From a virus: a stretch of DNA of 64,000 nucleotides. Below are positions 24,902-34,400 of this stretch, piece by piece. Numbering within the stretch: position 1 is the first letter of the stretch; every line of letters starts with the position of its first letter. The stretch spans positions 1-64,000 of the IMG/VR virus record IMGVR_UViG_3300046485_000051. The stretch is one strand, 5' to 3'. A model generated the notes under the pieces. That model made no database searches. It saw only the letters and a list, made by a program, of their open reading frames with translations, and was not told where the DNA came from. Made by a program: the position numbers and the translations under genes.

Positions 24902-26647
24902 ATGCCGACGCTTATCACGCTGCCGGCGTCACCCAAGCCCGCGCGGACGCTGGCTGAGCTTAGTCAGGCGATCACGGTCTGGACGCGCCAGGCGGAGCAG
25001 GCTATTCGTAAGGTCGCGTCGGTCGCTGATACCTCGCCCACCAGCCAGCTTGCCGGGCCGAGCCAGACGGGGCTGCTGTCGGCGTCGGATTGGCTGGTCT
25101 TCAACGCCAAGCAGGCGGCGGGGTCTTACCTGGTGGACGCTCCCAGCGACGGCGCAGTTTACGGGAGGCGGAATGGTGCTTGGTCGGCGGCGAGCGCGGG
25201 TGGCATAGCGGACGCGCCTAGTGACGGGACTTATTACAGCCGGAAGGATGCGGACTGGGCACATTTGCCGGCGGCGAGCGGGAGCACGGCGGGGCTGCTC
25301 TCGGCGGCGGATTGGAGCACCTTCACCGGGAAACAACCGGCGGGGTCCTACTTGACCGACGCGGCGAGCGATGGTAATAGCTACGCCCGGAAGAACGGGG
25401 CTTGGGCAGCGATCGGGACTGCGAGCGGCTCGGTAACCGGGCTGCTCTCTTCGTCCGACTGGACGACTTTCAACGGCAAGCAGGCCGCGCTGGTCGCAGC
25501 AGACTCGACGCATAACGGCTATCTAACCTCTGCTGATTGGGCCACGTTCAACAGTAAGCAGGCTGCCGGCAGCTACGTAACGGAGGCCGCTTCCGATGGC
25601 ACCTATTACACCCGGAAGGACGGGGTTTGGGCTCATCTGCCCAACGCGACAGGCTCGGTTATCGGTCTCTTATCCTCGACCGACTGGACGACGTTCAACA
25701 GCAAACAGGCGGCTTTGGTCCAGGCCGATGCAGCGCACGCCGGATACCTCTCTTCGACCGATTGGAGCACGTTTAATGGCAAGCAGGCTGCGCTGGTGGC
25801 GGCTGATGCGACGCACGCCGGTTACCTTACCTCGGCCGACTGGACGACTTTCAACAGCAAGCAGGCCGCCGGCAGTTATGTGACAGACGCCACCCACGAC
25901 GGGACCTATTACACGCTCAAGGATGGCGCGTGGGCTCACCTACCTTCTGCCTCAAGCTCGGTTACTGGTCTCTTGTCCTCGACGGACTGGGGCACCTTTA
26001 ACGGTAAGCAGGCGACGTTGGTAGCGGCCGACGCTACACACAGCGGCTATCTGACCTCTACGGACTGGGCAGCATTTAATGGGAAGCAGGCGACACTAGT
26101 AGCGGCAGATGCGACGTATAACGGTTACCTTACCTCTTCTGATTGGTCTACTTTTAACAACAAGCAGGCCACACTGGTCGTAGCCGACGCGACGCACAAC
26201 GGTTATCTGTCCTCGACCGATTGGTCTACCTTCTATAGCAAGCAGGCCGCCGGTTCCTATCTGACGGATGCCGCAGGGAGTATTAGCGCCGACAGTAAAT
26301 TTTACACCCGCAAGAACGGGGCTTGGTCCTCGCTACCTATTGCCGGAGCCTTCACTGCCGGGCTGCTCCAAGCCAGTGATTGGATAATTTTTAACGCTAA
26401 GACTGCCGCCAACCCAATTAATGGGGTTACCTATGTCCGCAAGGACGATGCCTGGATAGTCCCACCTACCGCGTCGGGCTCAGTTGCCGGGTTTCTCTCC
26501 GCCGCAGACTGGACGACGTTCAACAGCAAACAGGCCGCCGGCTCCTACCTCACAGACGCGGCGAGTGACGGGAAGACTTACGGCCGAAACAATGGCGCTT
26601 GGGCAGTGGTCGCTACTGATATTCTCAGTGTCCAGGTTTTCAGCTAA
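24902..26647 (+). CDS. Tail fibre built from two interleaved repeat motifs
   Basis: 13 copies of G[LY]L[ST]..DW.[TI]F[NTY].K[QT]-type motifs and 8 copies of DG..Y.RK.G.W. ATG follows 2 nt after the upstream stop. Confidence 0.7.
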   Translation: MPTLITLPASPKPARTLAELSQAITVWTRQAEQAIRKVASVADTSPTSQLAGPSQTGLLSASDWLVFNAKQAAGSYLVDAPSDGAVYGRRNGAWSAASAGGIADAPSDGTYYSRKDADWAHLPAASGSTAGLLSAADWSTFTGKQPAGSYLTDAASDGNSYARKNGAWAAIGTASGSVTGLLSSSDWTTFNGKQAALVAADSTHNGYLTSADWATFNSKQAAGSYVTEAASDGTYYTRKDGVWAHLPNATGSVIGLLSSTDWTTFNSKQAALVQADAAHAGYLSSTDWSTFNGKQAALVAADATHAGYLTSADWTTFNSKQAAGSYVTDATHDGTYYTLKDGAWAHLPSASSSVTGLLSSTDWGTFNGKQATLVAADATHSGYLTSTDWAAFNGKQATLVAADATYNGYLTSSDWSTFNNKQATLVVADATHNGYLSSTDWSTFYSKQAAGSYLTDAAGSISADSKFYTRKNGAWSSLPIAGAFTAGLLQASDWIIFNAKTAANPINGVTYVRKDDAWIVPPTASGSVAGFLSAADWTTFNSKQAAGSYLTDAASDGKTYGRNNGAWAVVATDILSVQVFS

Positions 26648-26653
26648 GACTTT

Positions 26654-27007
26654 ATGGCAACATTTACGAAGAAGAGTCTGTCCGGTAGCACGACCGGGCT
26701 GCAAATTAAAGTCACGGGCGCGTCAGCGGGGGCGGCAGTGACAATCCATACGGCGGTCGCCGGCACGAGCAGCTTGGACGAGGTTTGGATTTATGCCTAC
26801 AACGAGGATACGGTCGCACGGCTGCTCTCGATTCAGTGGGGCGGCACGACAGAGCCGGACAACGTAATCCGAACAGTGATACCCCCGAAGTCTGGCCGGG
26901 TCCTGGTGGTGGATGGTATGCTCCTTCAAAACGGGCTGCTTGTAAAGGCTTATGCAGACGCCGCGAACATGATAATTCTGGATGGGTTCGTAAACAACAT
27001 TGCATGA
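26654..27007 (+). CDS. Hypothetical small beta-rich protein (tail-fibre associated by position)
   Basis: 117-aa ORF immediately after the fibre gene. Confidence 0.5.
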   Translation: MATFTKKSLSGSTTGLQIKVTGASAGAAVTIHTAVAGTSSLDEVWIYAYNEDTVARLLSIQWGGTTEPDNVIRTVIPPKSGRVLVVDGMLLQNGLLVKAYADAANMIILDGFVNNIA

Positions 27008-27888
27008 GCAGCGTTCACACTTTCCGACGGCATCGGCGCTACTCGCTCGGCGAATACGCCCAAGACGTGGCCTCGGCAGCGGTCCAGAACTGGGTCGCCC
27101 GTGTTTCAGTTTACGGAGGCGCTACTCCTTCGGCGACGACCCAGTCGGTGCTCTCCGTCTTCTATGCCGGACTGGTGAACACAGGGCTGCTGCCGCTCAT
27201 GCGGTCGGTGAATTGCTTCGTGCCGGACAGCCTGCCGGCGGCGCTAACTCCGCTGGTCTGCGCGGCGGGGCTGGCTTCGTGGAATAACCACGCCTTCGTG
27301 TCTGGGGACGTGTCTTCTGCCGGGCTCGCTGCGCAGAGCGCCAAGTATCTCGATACCGGAGTAGTTCCTGCCTTGTGTTTGGCCGGAGACAACGCTGGAC
27401 TGACGGTCTATTTGTCGGTAGCCGAGACTGCCCAGGGGGTTGTGGCCCTCGGGTGCACGAGTGCGTCTGGCTCTTTTCAACTTCTCCCCCGGCTTATTCT
27501 GACCAGGTCGGCGTTTGAAGCCTTCGCTACTACTGGCACTCTCGGCACAGGATGGGTTTACGCGACTAATGCTACCTGGGCGGGGTTCTTGTCTGGCAGC
27601 ATTACTCCTGGGCCGGCCCTCGCCCTCTACAAGGCGAACTCCGGCGGCTTCTCCACGCTGGCGACCGGGAGCATAGCGGCTGGCTCTTGCCCGACTGAAG
27701 TGCCTGTCTACTGTTTCGCGTCTTGCTCGAATGCTTCTTACGACTATTTTGGTGGGCCTCAAGGAAACCTCACGGTCAGCAAGCTCTCCTTCGCAGCCGT
27801 TCACGCTGGCCTGACGGCGGCGCAAACGCAGACGCTCTACAACCTGGTCCAGGCGATGCGGACCGGGCTGGGCGGCGGATACGTGTAA
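27004..27888 (+). CDS. Hypothetical tail-associated protein
   Basis: ATGA overlap. ORF 26785..27888 trimmed to ATG 27004. Confidence 0.5.
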   Translation: MSSVHTFRRHRRYSLGEYAQDVASAAVQNWVARVSVYGGATPSATTQSVLSVFYAGLVNTGLLPLMRSVNCFVPDSLPAALTPLVCAAGLASWNNHAFVSGDVSSAGLAAQSAKYLDTGVVPALCLAGDNAGLTVYLSVAETAQGVVALGCTSASGSFQLLPRLILTRSAFEAFATTGTLGTGWVYATNATWAGFLSGSITPGPALALYKANSGGFSTLATGSIAAGSCPTEVPVYCFASCSNASYDYFGGPQGNLTVSKLSFAAVHAGLTAAQTQTLYNLVQAMRTGLGGGYV

Positions 27889-27921
27889 TGTGTTGACATG
27901 GTCAACACATCTGGCCATAAT
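27889..27921 (+). promoter_or_regulatory. Promoter TTGACA-N17-CATAAT embedded in a 9-bp perfect palindrome
   Basis: tgtgttgac-atg-gtcaacaca spans 27889-27909. -10 at 27916-27921. ATG at 27928 is 6 nt after the -10. Confidence 0.45.
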
Positions 27922-27927
27922 AGGACA

Positions 27928-28104
27928 ATGGAAATCAAACTTTCCCTGTCTGAGACTGATGCGGAGAACTTGGCAAAGCTGTTAGACGCCGCTGTGCGCG
28001 CGGAGGGCCTGTCGGCAGCAGAGGCGGCCTTACCCATTTTTCGCCGCTTGCGGATGGCAGCGGATGAAGCCAGAAAGCAGGAGACTGATGCCGTTCGTTC
28101 TTGA
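27928..28104 (+). CDS. Hypothetical 58-aa protein (probably leaderless)
   Basis: ORF 27898..28104 trimmed to the ATG that fits the promoter geometry. Confidence 0.4.
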   Translation: MEIKLSLSETDAENLAKLLDAAVRAEGLSAAEAALPIFRRLRMAADEARKQETDAVRS

Positions 28105-28522
28105 GACCGCCTGGCAGGAAATCTCGAAGGGCGACGCTGGCGCGGCGGAGTTTTGCCGCACGTTCTACGCCTGGACGCAGAGCTTCGATGACTTGATAGA
28201 CCGCGACAAGTCTCTGCGGGTGGACGAGGCTGTTTTGGCTCAGGTCGCGCTGCTGGCCAACGTGGCGACCAGCTCGTTTGTTCAGGCGAACCGGGACACC
28301 TTGTTGCCGGTTATCTCAGTCAGCGCCCTGGCCTACATTGCCTCGGAGGACCGCAAGAACAACCCCGACGTAGTCGAGCGGATGACGGCCCAAGTGCTCA
28401 AATCCGAATATGTCAACGTCTTCCTGACCGTGGCGCTTATTGTTGGCGGCTGGGAGCACGCGCTCACCATGAGCCGGCGCTACCGGGAATACAACTTCGA
28501 CGTGGAGCCGGTTAAGGTCTGA
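28088..28522 (+). CDS. Hypothetical protein (start 28064 or 28088)
   Basis: 152-aa ORF that overlaps the upstream gene. Confidence 0.45.
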   Translation: MPFVLETAWQEISKGDAGAAEFCRTFYAWTQSFDDLIDRDKSLRVDEAVLAQVALLANVATSSFVQANRDTLLPVISVSALAYIASEDRKNNPDVVERMTAQVLKSEYVNVFLTVALIVGGWEHALTMSRRYREYNFDVEPVKV

Positions 28523-28532
28523 CGGTTTGACC

Positions 28533-28561
28533 TTGTCAAGCAGAGGGGTTTCGGGTAGTTT
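28533..28561 (+). promoter_or_regulatory. Promoter-like TTGTCA-N17-TAGTTT (GGGTAGTTTGGG box)
   Basis: -10 at 28556-28561. An SD-like GTGAGGA precedes ATG 28576. Confidence 0.35.
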
Positions 28562-28575
28562 GGGGGTGAGGATTT

Positions 28576-29292
28576 ATGGGATTCTGCGACAACAAACAAA
28601 GCGGGAACACGCAATACCAATACCAGGACCCCCTTGGCCCGACTTCTATTGGGCCGGGCGGGCATCCCGTGTATTCTGCGACTGGCGCGCCCCAGATGCG
28701 CAGCCAGGTATTCAACTACCTGAGCGGCGCAATGCCACAGATGGCGCAGGCCGGCCAGGATTACGCGGCGGCGTTGAAGGGCGCGGCCTCGAATGCCGGC
28801 TGGGGCCAGGAGGCCAAGCTCGCGCAGGACACGCTGGCGGGCAAGTATCTGAATGGGAGCCCGCAGCTTGACCGAGCCCTGGCGACTAACCGCGCGGCGG
28901 CCCAGGCAGACGCGGCCAACCAGACGGCGCGTATCCGGAGCGGCTACGGAAAGAACGGGATGGGCTTCTCGACGGCGAGCCAGCAGGCGGACCAGTCTAA
29001 TCGGGCTTCGGCAAACGCCCAGGCGAACCAGACCAACACCCAGGCGTATTTGCAGAACTACCTGGCGGAGCGGGGCAACCAGAACAACGCCGGCAGCATG
29101 CTCGCGCAGGCGGTCGGGACTCCGTTGAATTACATGGGCGGCGTTTCCGGCGCATACGCGAGCCCGCTGGGCCAAATCGGCAACATTCTGAGCGCTCTCA
29201 GCAGCGGCGGCCAGTCGATTGCGACCAACTCGCACGCGATTGACTCACCCTCGGCGGGGTCGAGCGTGCTGTCGGGGATTGGTTCGCTGTAA
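28576..29292 (+). CDS. Internal virion protein candidate (Gln/Asn/Ala-rich)
   Basis: Position after the tail genes and low-complexity Q/N/A composition typical of podoviral internal proteins. Confidence 0.5.
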   Translation: MGFCDNKQSGNTQYQYQDPLGPTSIGPGGHPVYSATGAPQMRSQVFNYLSGAMPQMAQAGQDYAAALKGAASNAGWGQEAKLAQDTLAGKYLNGSPQLDRALATNRAAAQADAANQTARIRSGYGKNGMGFSTASQQADQSNRASANAQANQTNTQAYLQNYLAERGNQNNAGSMLAQAVGTPLNYMGGVSGAYASPLGQIGNILSALSSGGQSIATNSHAIDSPSAGSSVLSGIGSL

Positions 29293-29305
29293 CCAGCTTT
29301 GACTT

Positions 29306-29626
29306 ATGGCACTGAACTATTTGGGGAACGACTACGGGGACGAGGCTGGCGGCGGGCAAGGATTTCCTGGCGGCGGGAATGACTATGGCGGCGAGCTTGC
29401 TGGGCCTGCGGGAGCGTCTCCTCTAGCTCAGCCTGGCTTCTTGGAGAATTTGAAGGGGGCGCTACTACGTGCTTCGGCGATGGGCGGCGGGGCGGCCGGT
29501 ATGGCCGCTGCTGTGAGCCCGGGCTTTTACAACGGGGTCTCGAAGACGAAGGGTGGCCAGAATGGCGGCAGCGGACTGTTGTCTAAGTTTGGCTCTTCTG
29601 CGGCTGGTGGGTCAGGCTCCTTCTAA
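29306..29626 (+). CDS. Gly-rich small virion protein candidate
   Basis: 106 aa with GGG runs. Confidence 0.5.
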   Translation: MALNYLGNDYGDEAGGGQGFPGGGNDYGGELAGPAGASPLAQPGFLENLKGALLRASAMGGGAAGMAAAVSPGFYNGVSKTKGGQNGGSGLLSKFGSSAAGGSGSF

Positions 29627-29635
29627 GGTTCTACT

Positions 29636-31108
29636 ATGAGTGCAGCAAGCGACAATGCTCTTTCGGCCAGTCAAGCCCGCCAGGGGCTCCTGGGTCTCGG
29701 CGGCTTTATTCAAGGTCTGCGCGAGTGGCAGGTCCAGAAGCCTTTGCTCCAAGCACAGGCGGCGCAGATGAGCGCGCAGCCGGGCCTGGTGCAGGCGCAG
29801 ACGGATGTAGCCAAAGCGAACGCCGCCGCGTTGAAGCAGCAGACCGATCAGCAGAAGCAACTTTTTGAAGCGTGGGGCCTGAAGGCCGCACAGGCGCGCG
29901 CTAACGCTCTCAGTGGCCTTGGCTTTGGTTCTGGCGATGGGAGCGGGCCGTCGCTCTTTACCCCCGGGGACAAGAGCGTCAGTCCTTTTGGGCCACCGGT
30001 CACGGAGCCAGGCGCGCCTTCCGCCGGCTTCGGGGGTGCTCCTAATTTCCTGGACGTTTCTCGCGGGCTGCCGCCGACTATCTCGGCCCCAGGCTCGACG
30101 AAGCCTTTCCAGTTGGCGGGCCGGTCGGGAATCGCCACCACCCTAAACCCGGCTGGCGAAATCGAATTTGGACCCGGCTCTCTCAGTCCCGAGTTGAAGT
30201 CTCAGATTGACAACGACCCGGCGACAACCTGGTCGCAGGCGGACCCGATGACGCGCAAGGCAATCGAAGGTTATCTGAAGTCCAACGCCGCAGCGCTCGG
30301 TAACCGTGAGTCAGCGGCGAAGCTGGTGGACGCAAAGCGCAGCGCCTCCTACGGCAACACTACGGAGCAGAAGGAGCATCGAGACTTTGCTCTCAATGCG
30401 TCGCTGCTGTCGCACCGGCTCAACCAATATGACGACGTAGTCGCGAAGCACGGCAACTGGAACAACACACTCGGCACGCGCGACCCGGAGGCGACGGCGA
30501 AGTTGTCTTCGCTGCCGATGGATATTTCGGAGAACTGGAATAAGGTGTCCAACCCGGGCGCGACGCTCCGCGAGGGCCTTGTCCACCTGGGCAAGGAGAA
30601 TCAAATACCCGCTGGTTTCTGGACGCTAAGCAACACGACCCGCGCGGGAATCAAGCAGACCAAGTCAGTCCTGGCCGAGTATGTCCGGGCCTACGAGAAC
30701 CTGGCAGCCACACGGGCACCGATTGAAGGGCTCTCGGCAGACGTGCGTAAGGCTGTCGGGCCGACAGAAGCGTCCAAGCGGTTTGAACAGCAGTTTGGCG
30801 TTCCCGTCCCGACGGACGAGGGGGCCTATCAGCCTGAGCCGGCGGCCGCTAAGCCGGCACCGAAGGGCGCGGGGGACAGCACACAGCCCGGGACTTCCGG
30901 CACCGCTGGCCCCGAGGCTGCGGTCGAGGTCAAGACTCAGCAACAATATGAAAGCCTGGCCCCGGGCACCTGGTATAAAGACAGCACTGGCGCGGTAAAG
31001 CAGAAGTCCGGGGCTCGCCCGACCGTGAACACAGGAAGCACAGCCGGCGCTCCTAAAGGGCCGTCTTTGCCGGCCTTGACGCTCAGCCCAGTATTGAAGC
31101 CTCGCTAG
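29636..31108 (+). CDS. Internal virion protein candidate
   Basis: 490 aa with a coiled-coil Q/A-rich N-terminus, directly ahead of the giant ORF. Confidence 0.55.
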   Translation: MSAASDNALSASQARQGLLGLGGFIQGLREWQVQKPLLQAQAAQMSAQPGLVQAQTDVAKANAAALKQQTDQQKQLFEAWGLKAAQARANALSGLGFGSGDGSGPSLFTPGDKSVSPFGPPVTEPGAPSAGFGGAPNFLDVSRGLPPTISAPGSTKPFQLAGRSGIATTLNPAGEIEFGPGSLSPELKSQIDNDPATTWSQADPMTRKAIEGYLKSNAAALGNRESAAKLVDAKRSASYGNTTEQKEHRDFALNASLLSHRLNQYDDVVAKHGNWNNTLGTRDPEATAKLSSLPMDISENWNKVSNPGATLREGLVHLGKENQIPAGFWTLSNTTRAGIKQTKSVLAEYVRAYENLAATRAPIEGLSADVRKAVGPTEASKRFEQQFGVPVPTDEGAYQPEPAAAKPAPKGAGDSTQPGTSGTAGPEAAVEVKTQQQYESLAPGTWYKDSTGAVKQKSGARPTVNTGSTAGAPKGPSLPALTLSPVLKPR

Positions 31109-31374
31109 TTGCGGGGCTTGAAGGTTGCGTAGAGCACGAAGGCCAGCAGGCCGACGTAAAAGGCAACGCGCCAGTAGGCTACCACCAGGTATGCTACAAC
31201 GGCGAGGGCGACGAGAATGCCGGCCCATTTGAGCTTCGGGTAGGCATATTCTTTAGCACCACCCACCAGGGCGGCAAAGATGACCGGCCAGGGCTCCCGC
31301 GTTCGCGGCGGACAGACCCATAGTTCGGGATGTTCCCGGCGGGACTTCTCGGCAGCTTCAGCAGATAGACTCAT
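31105..31374 (-). CDS. Two-TM membrane protein on the opposite strand (moron-like)
   Basis: PVIFAALVGGA and GILVALAVVAYLVVAYWRVAFYVGLLAFVLYA. It is the only minus-strand gene inside the late block. Start taken at ATG 31374. Confidence 0.5.
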   Translation of the reverse strand: MSLSAEAAEKSRREHPELWVCPPRTREPWPVIFAALVGGAKEYAYPKLKWAGILVALAVVAYLVVAYWRVAFYVGLLAFVLYATFKPRN

Positions 31375-31456
31375 ACGGGGCAAGCCTTTCAGAAGATTGC
31401 TCGCCTGTCAACTGAAAAGGGCGGCCCTGGGTTTAACAACGTCAGCGAATTTGATG

Positions 31457-31485
31457 TTGAAAAGCTGGCTGGATTCGGGTAGTCT
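31457..31485 (+). promoter_or_regulatory. Promoter-like TTGAAA-N17-TAGTCT (GGGTAGTCTGG box)
   Basis: -10 at 31480-31485. ATG of the giant ORF at 31494 is 8 nt later. Confidence 0.4.
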
Positions 31486-31493
31486 GGTCCGAT

Positions 31494-34400
31494 ATGGCTG
31501 CTGATTTCATTGGCCCCGACACCGACCTCGCCGCCCCTCAGACTCCGGGGAAACCCGAAGGCTTCGTAGGGCCTGACTCCGACACTACCGCCTCTTTTGT
31601 GGGGCCGAAGTCTGATGCGGCTCAGCCCGAGGATATTCGTGGGCGGATGCAGGACCCAAAGTTCTGGCCGTCGAATGACCAGTGGCGCGCGCTTTACGAG
31701 AGCGAGAAGAACAAGCCTTCCGACCGCCTGGGCGCGGTAGCGCGGGGCTTGAAGGGCATCGCGGCATTGCCCGGCCAGGCGTGGGACGAAGCTTCGGCCG
31801 AGGCCGCTCAGGGCAAGCCAGGGCACTTTCTGCAACGCGAGGCGGCGGTCGTTCCTGAAGCACTGGGCCAACTTGCGCGGATGGTTATAGACCCGGTCGC
31901 GGATTTCGTGCTGGCCCCTCCTCACTCCACGAACGAAGAGCAGGCTTTTCAGAACTGGAAAGAGGAACAGGGCAACAAGCTGGCTCGGTCTCGGATGCCG
32001 GCCTCGGCTCCGTGGACGCGGACCTGGCGGGAACCGGTCGAGGGTGAGGACCCCGAACAGGCCGCCGTGCAGCCGTTCCAAGCGGCCTCGACTATCGCCA
32101 GCCTTGGTGTGCCTATCGGGGCGGCTACCGGGCCGGCGCTGAAGTATCTGGGCGCGGCGGGGCCGGCGGCTACTGCCGGCAAGACTCTCGTGCAGTCCGC
32201 TATTGAGGGCGCGGCGGGGCCGGCGACTAAGGCGTTGGGCGAGCGGGCTGCCGGCGCTGTCGGCGCTGCGGTCGAGAACACGGGCAAGCTGGCTAAGGTC
32301 GTAGGCGGGGCTCCGCGCAAACTAATCAACAAGGCCGCCGAGGCTATCACCGGCCCGGAAATGGCAAAGCCGCTGGCTGGCGGTATCGCGGGCGCACTGC
32401 TGCACAATCCTGTTGCCCAGGGCTTGGCAACTGCCGAAGGTGTTGGCACAGGCGTCGCGAAGGCCGGCGAGCTTATCCAGAAGGTGGCGGGAGCCTCTGC
32501 GGCTGGGCCTGGCCGCTTTGCTAACCTCCTCAAGAACCCGGCGACTCCTACCTGGATACGCGGGACAATCGGCTCATTGACAGCCGGCGCTGCGGGCATA
32601 GTCGTGCCTGCCGCCAAGTCGATAGTGAAAGGTGCAGTCGGTGGTGCTGCTGTCGGTGCCGGACTGAACGCTGCGAACGGTGAAGACCCCTGGGAAGGCG
32701 CGGGCGCGGGCCTGGCCTTGGGCGGAGGTTTCGGATTGGCCGGTGCCGGCGAGGTCAGGAAGGGCGACGTATTCAAGAACCGCGTCGCCGGGCTCACCGA
32801 GCTTATGCGGTCCAACCTGGACGCAGGTGTCACTCCTGAGACTCTGGCGAAGGTGCCGGATGCGGCGGCGCTGGCGGCGTCAGACCTGCCCTATCTGGGA
32901 ATCAAGGATGCGCAAGGGCGAGACCTCAAGGTCCGTTTCGCCGACGAAAAGACAGACACGTCTCTGGCCGGCCAGGATGGCTACTACGACCGGGGCCAGC
33001 ATACCATTGTGATGAACGCCGACGCGCTCCAGCGCAGCCCGGCGGCCTGGGGCTCGCTGTTCCACGAGGTTCTTCATCCGTTGATGGAGAGCGAGGTTGC
33101 CAACCGTCCCGAGTTAAAGGGCCAAGTGGACGCGGCGCTGGCGAAGAACGGCCAGACGCTCGACGAGGCGAAGCGCGCCTACGCTTCTGCGCACTTGGCG
33201 GAGCAACTTAAAGGCAGCACGCCCGAGGCGGCCAAGGCTACGATAGACCAATGGGTCACGGCGCAGGACCAAGCTTCCGCCGTGAACAACAAGGGCGATG
33301 CAAACCATTGGGTTTACTCTGAACTGTTGGCCGAGGCTGGCCGCTGTGCGCTGGGTGGTCTCGGCGACATAGTCAGGCCCGAGGGCGCAATCAATAGGGC
33401 GCTGGCCCCGTCGGTGAGCAAGATTCTTGGGAACGTCTTAGAGCGCATGGGCATAGGCTCCCGGCCGGGGCCGAAGCCCGGCACAGTCATTCCTGGATTT
33501 CAGAACGTGGCGGAGGACCCGTCGCTTCGCAAGGCCGTCTATAGCCTTCTGAGGAATCAACGGGATTTTGCGCCGGGTATCTCGAAGGGGGCTCCGCAGG
33601 AAGTCCGGCTCACGCCGCAGGACGTGGGTGGGGCGAAGCTTCCAGTCAGCGGCCAGACGGCGCAGGACTATCTGCGCGAGACTAGGCCCGGCTCGGGCCG
33701 GTATGAAGTGCGCCCGAAGGCCGAGCAACGAAAGGCCGAGCGAGACCGGAAGGCGGTCATGGAGCGCATATTTCCGACGACGGGCACGGCGCTGCCGGCG
33801 AACGATGCCAGCGACGCGATGGCGCTGCGCACGCGCGCAGACGGCTCCGCAGAGCGGCGCGGCAGGGTGCTGGGCGATGCTTTCTATCAGGACCCGAACG
33901 TCAGCGACTCGATGAAGCAGACGGCGGCAATCTTTGAGGCGATGATTAACAAGGGTGGGGCCTTCGAGGGCTGGTATAACAAAACCCACAAGAACGGCAT
34001 CGCCAGCCTGAAGGACCTCGTCTCTGAGTATAAGCGCGGCGTCCGGCCTTACGAGTTTTTCATGGACAAGCACGGGCACCTTCTGGTGCGCAGCTTCGAC
34101 ATGGGTCACGCGGAGGACGTGAAGCTCGGCGAGTGGGCACAACGCACTGGGCCGGTGAGCCTGGAGCTTTGGGGCAACGACCCGGCAGCGGCGAAGGTTG
34201 ACCTGGTGACTTACACCGACAACCTGGCGTCCGGCCGGCCGGGTGCCGATAGCATCGGCGAGAAGAAACGCGACGTATTGAACGCGCTGGTCTTCGGCGA
34301 CAACGCCGCGAACCGAGACGCCAACCCACTGCGGAAGAACCTCAAGAGCGCGAAGGCCAGGGAAGGTTTGGTCCGGTCTTACCGGATTGACCGGGTCGAG

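Noticed and set aside
24902-26647. A diversity-generating retroelement or CRISPR-like explanation for the repetitive fibre and pentapeptide DNA.
   Set aside because: There is no reverse transcriptase ORF and no template/variable repeat pair with adenine-specific differences. The repeats are in-frame coding units without unique spacers.
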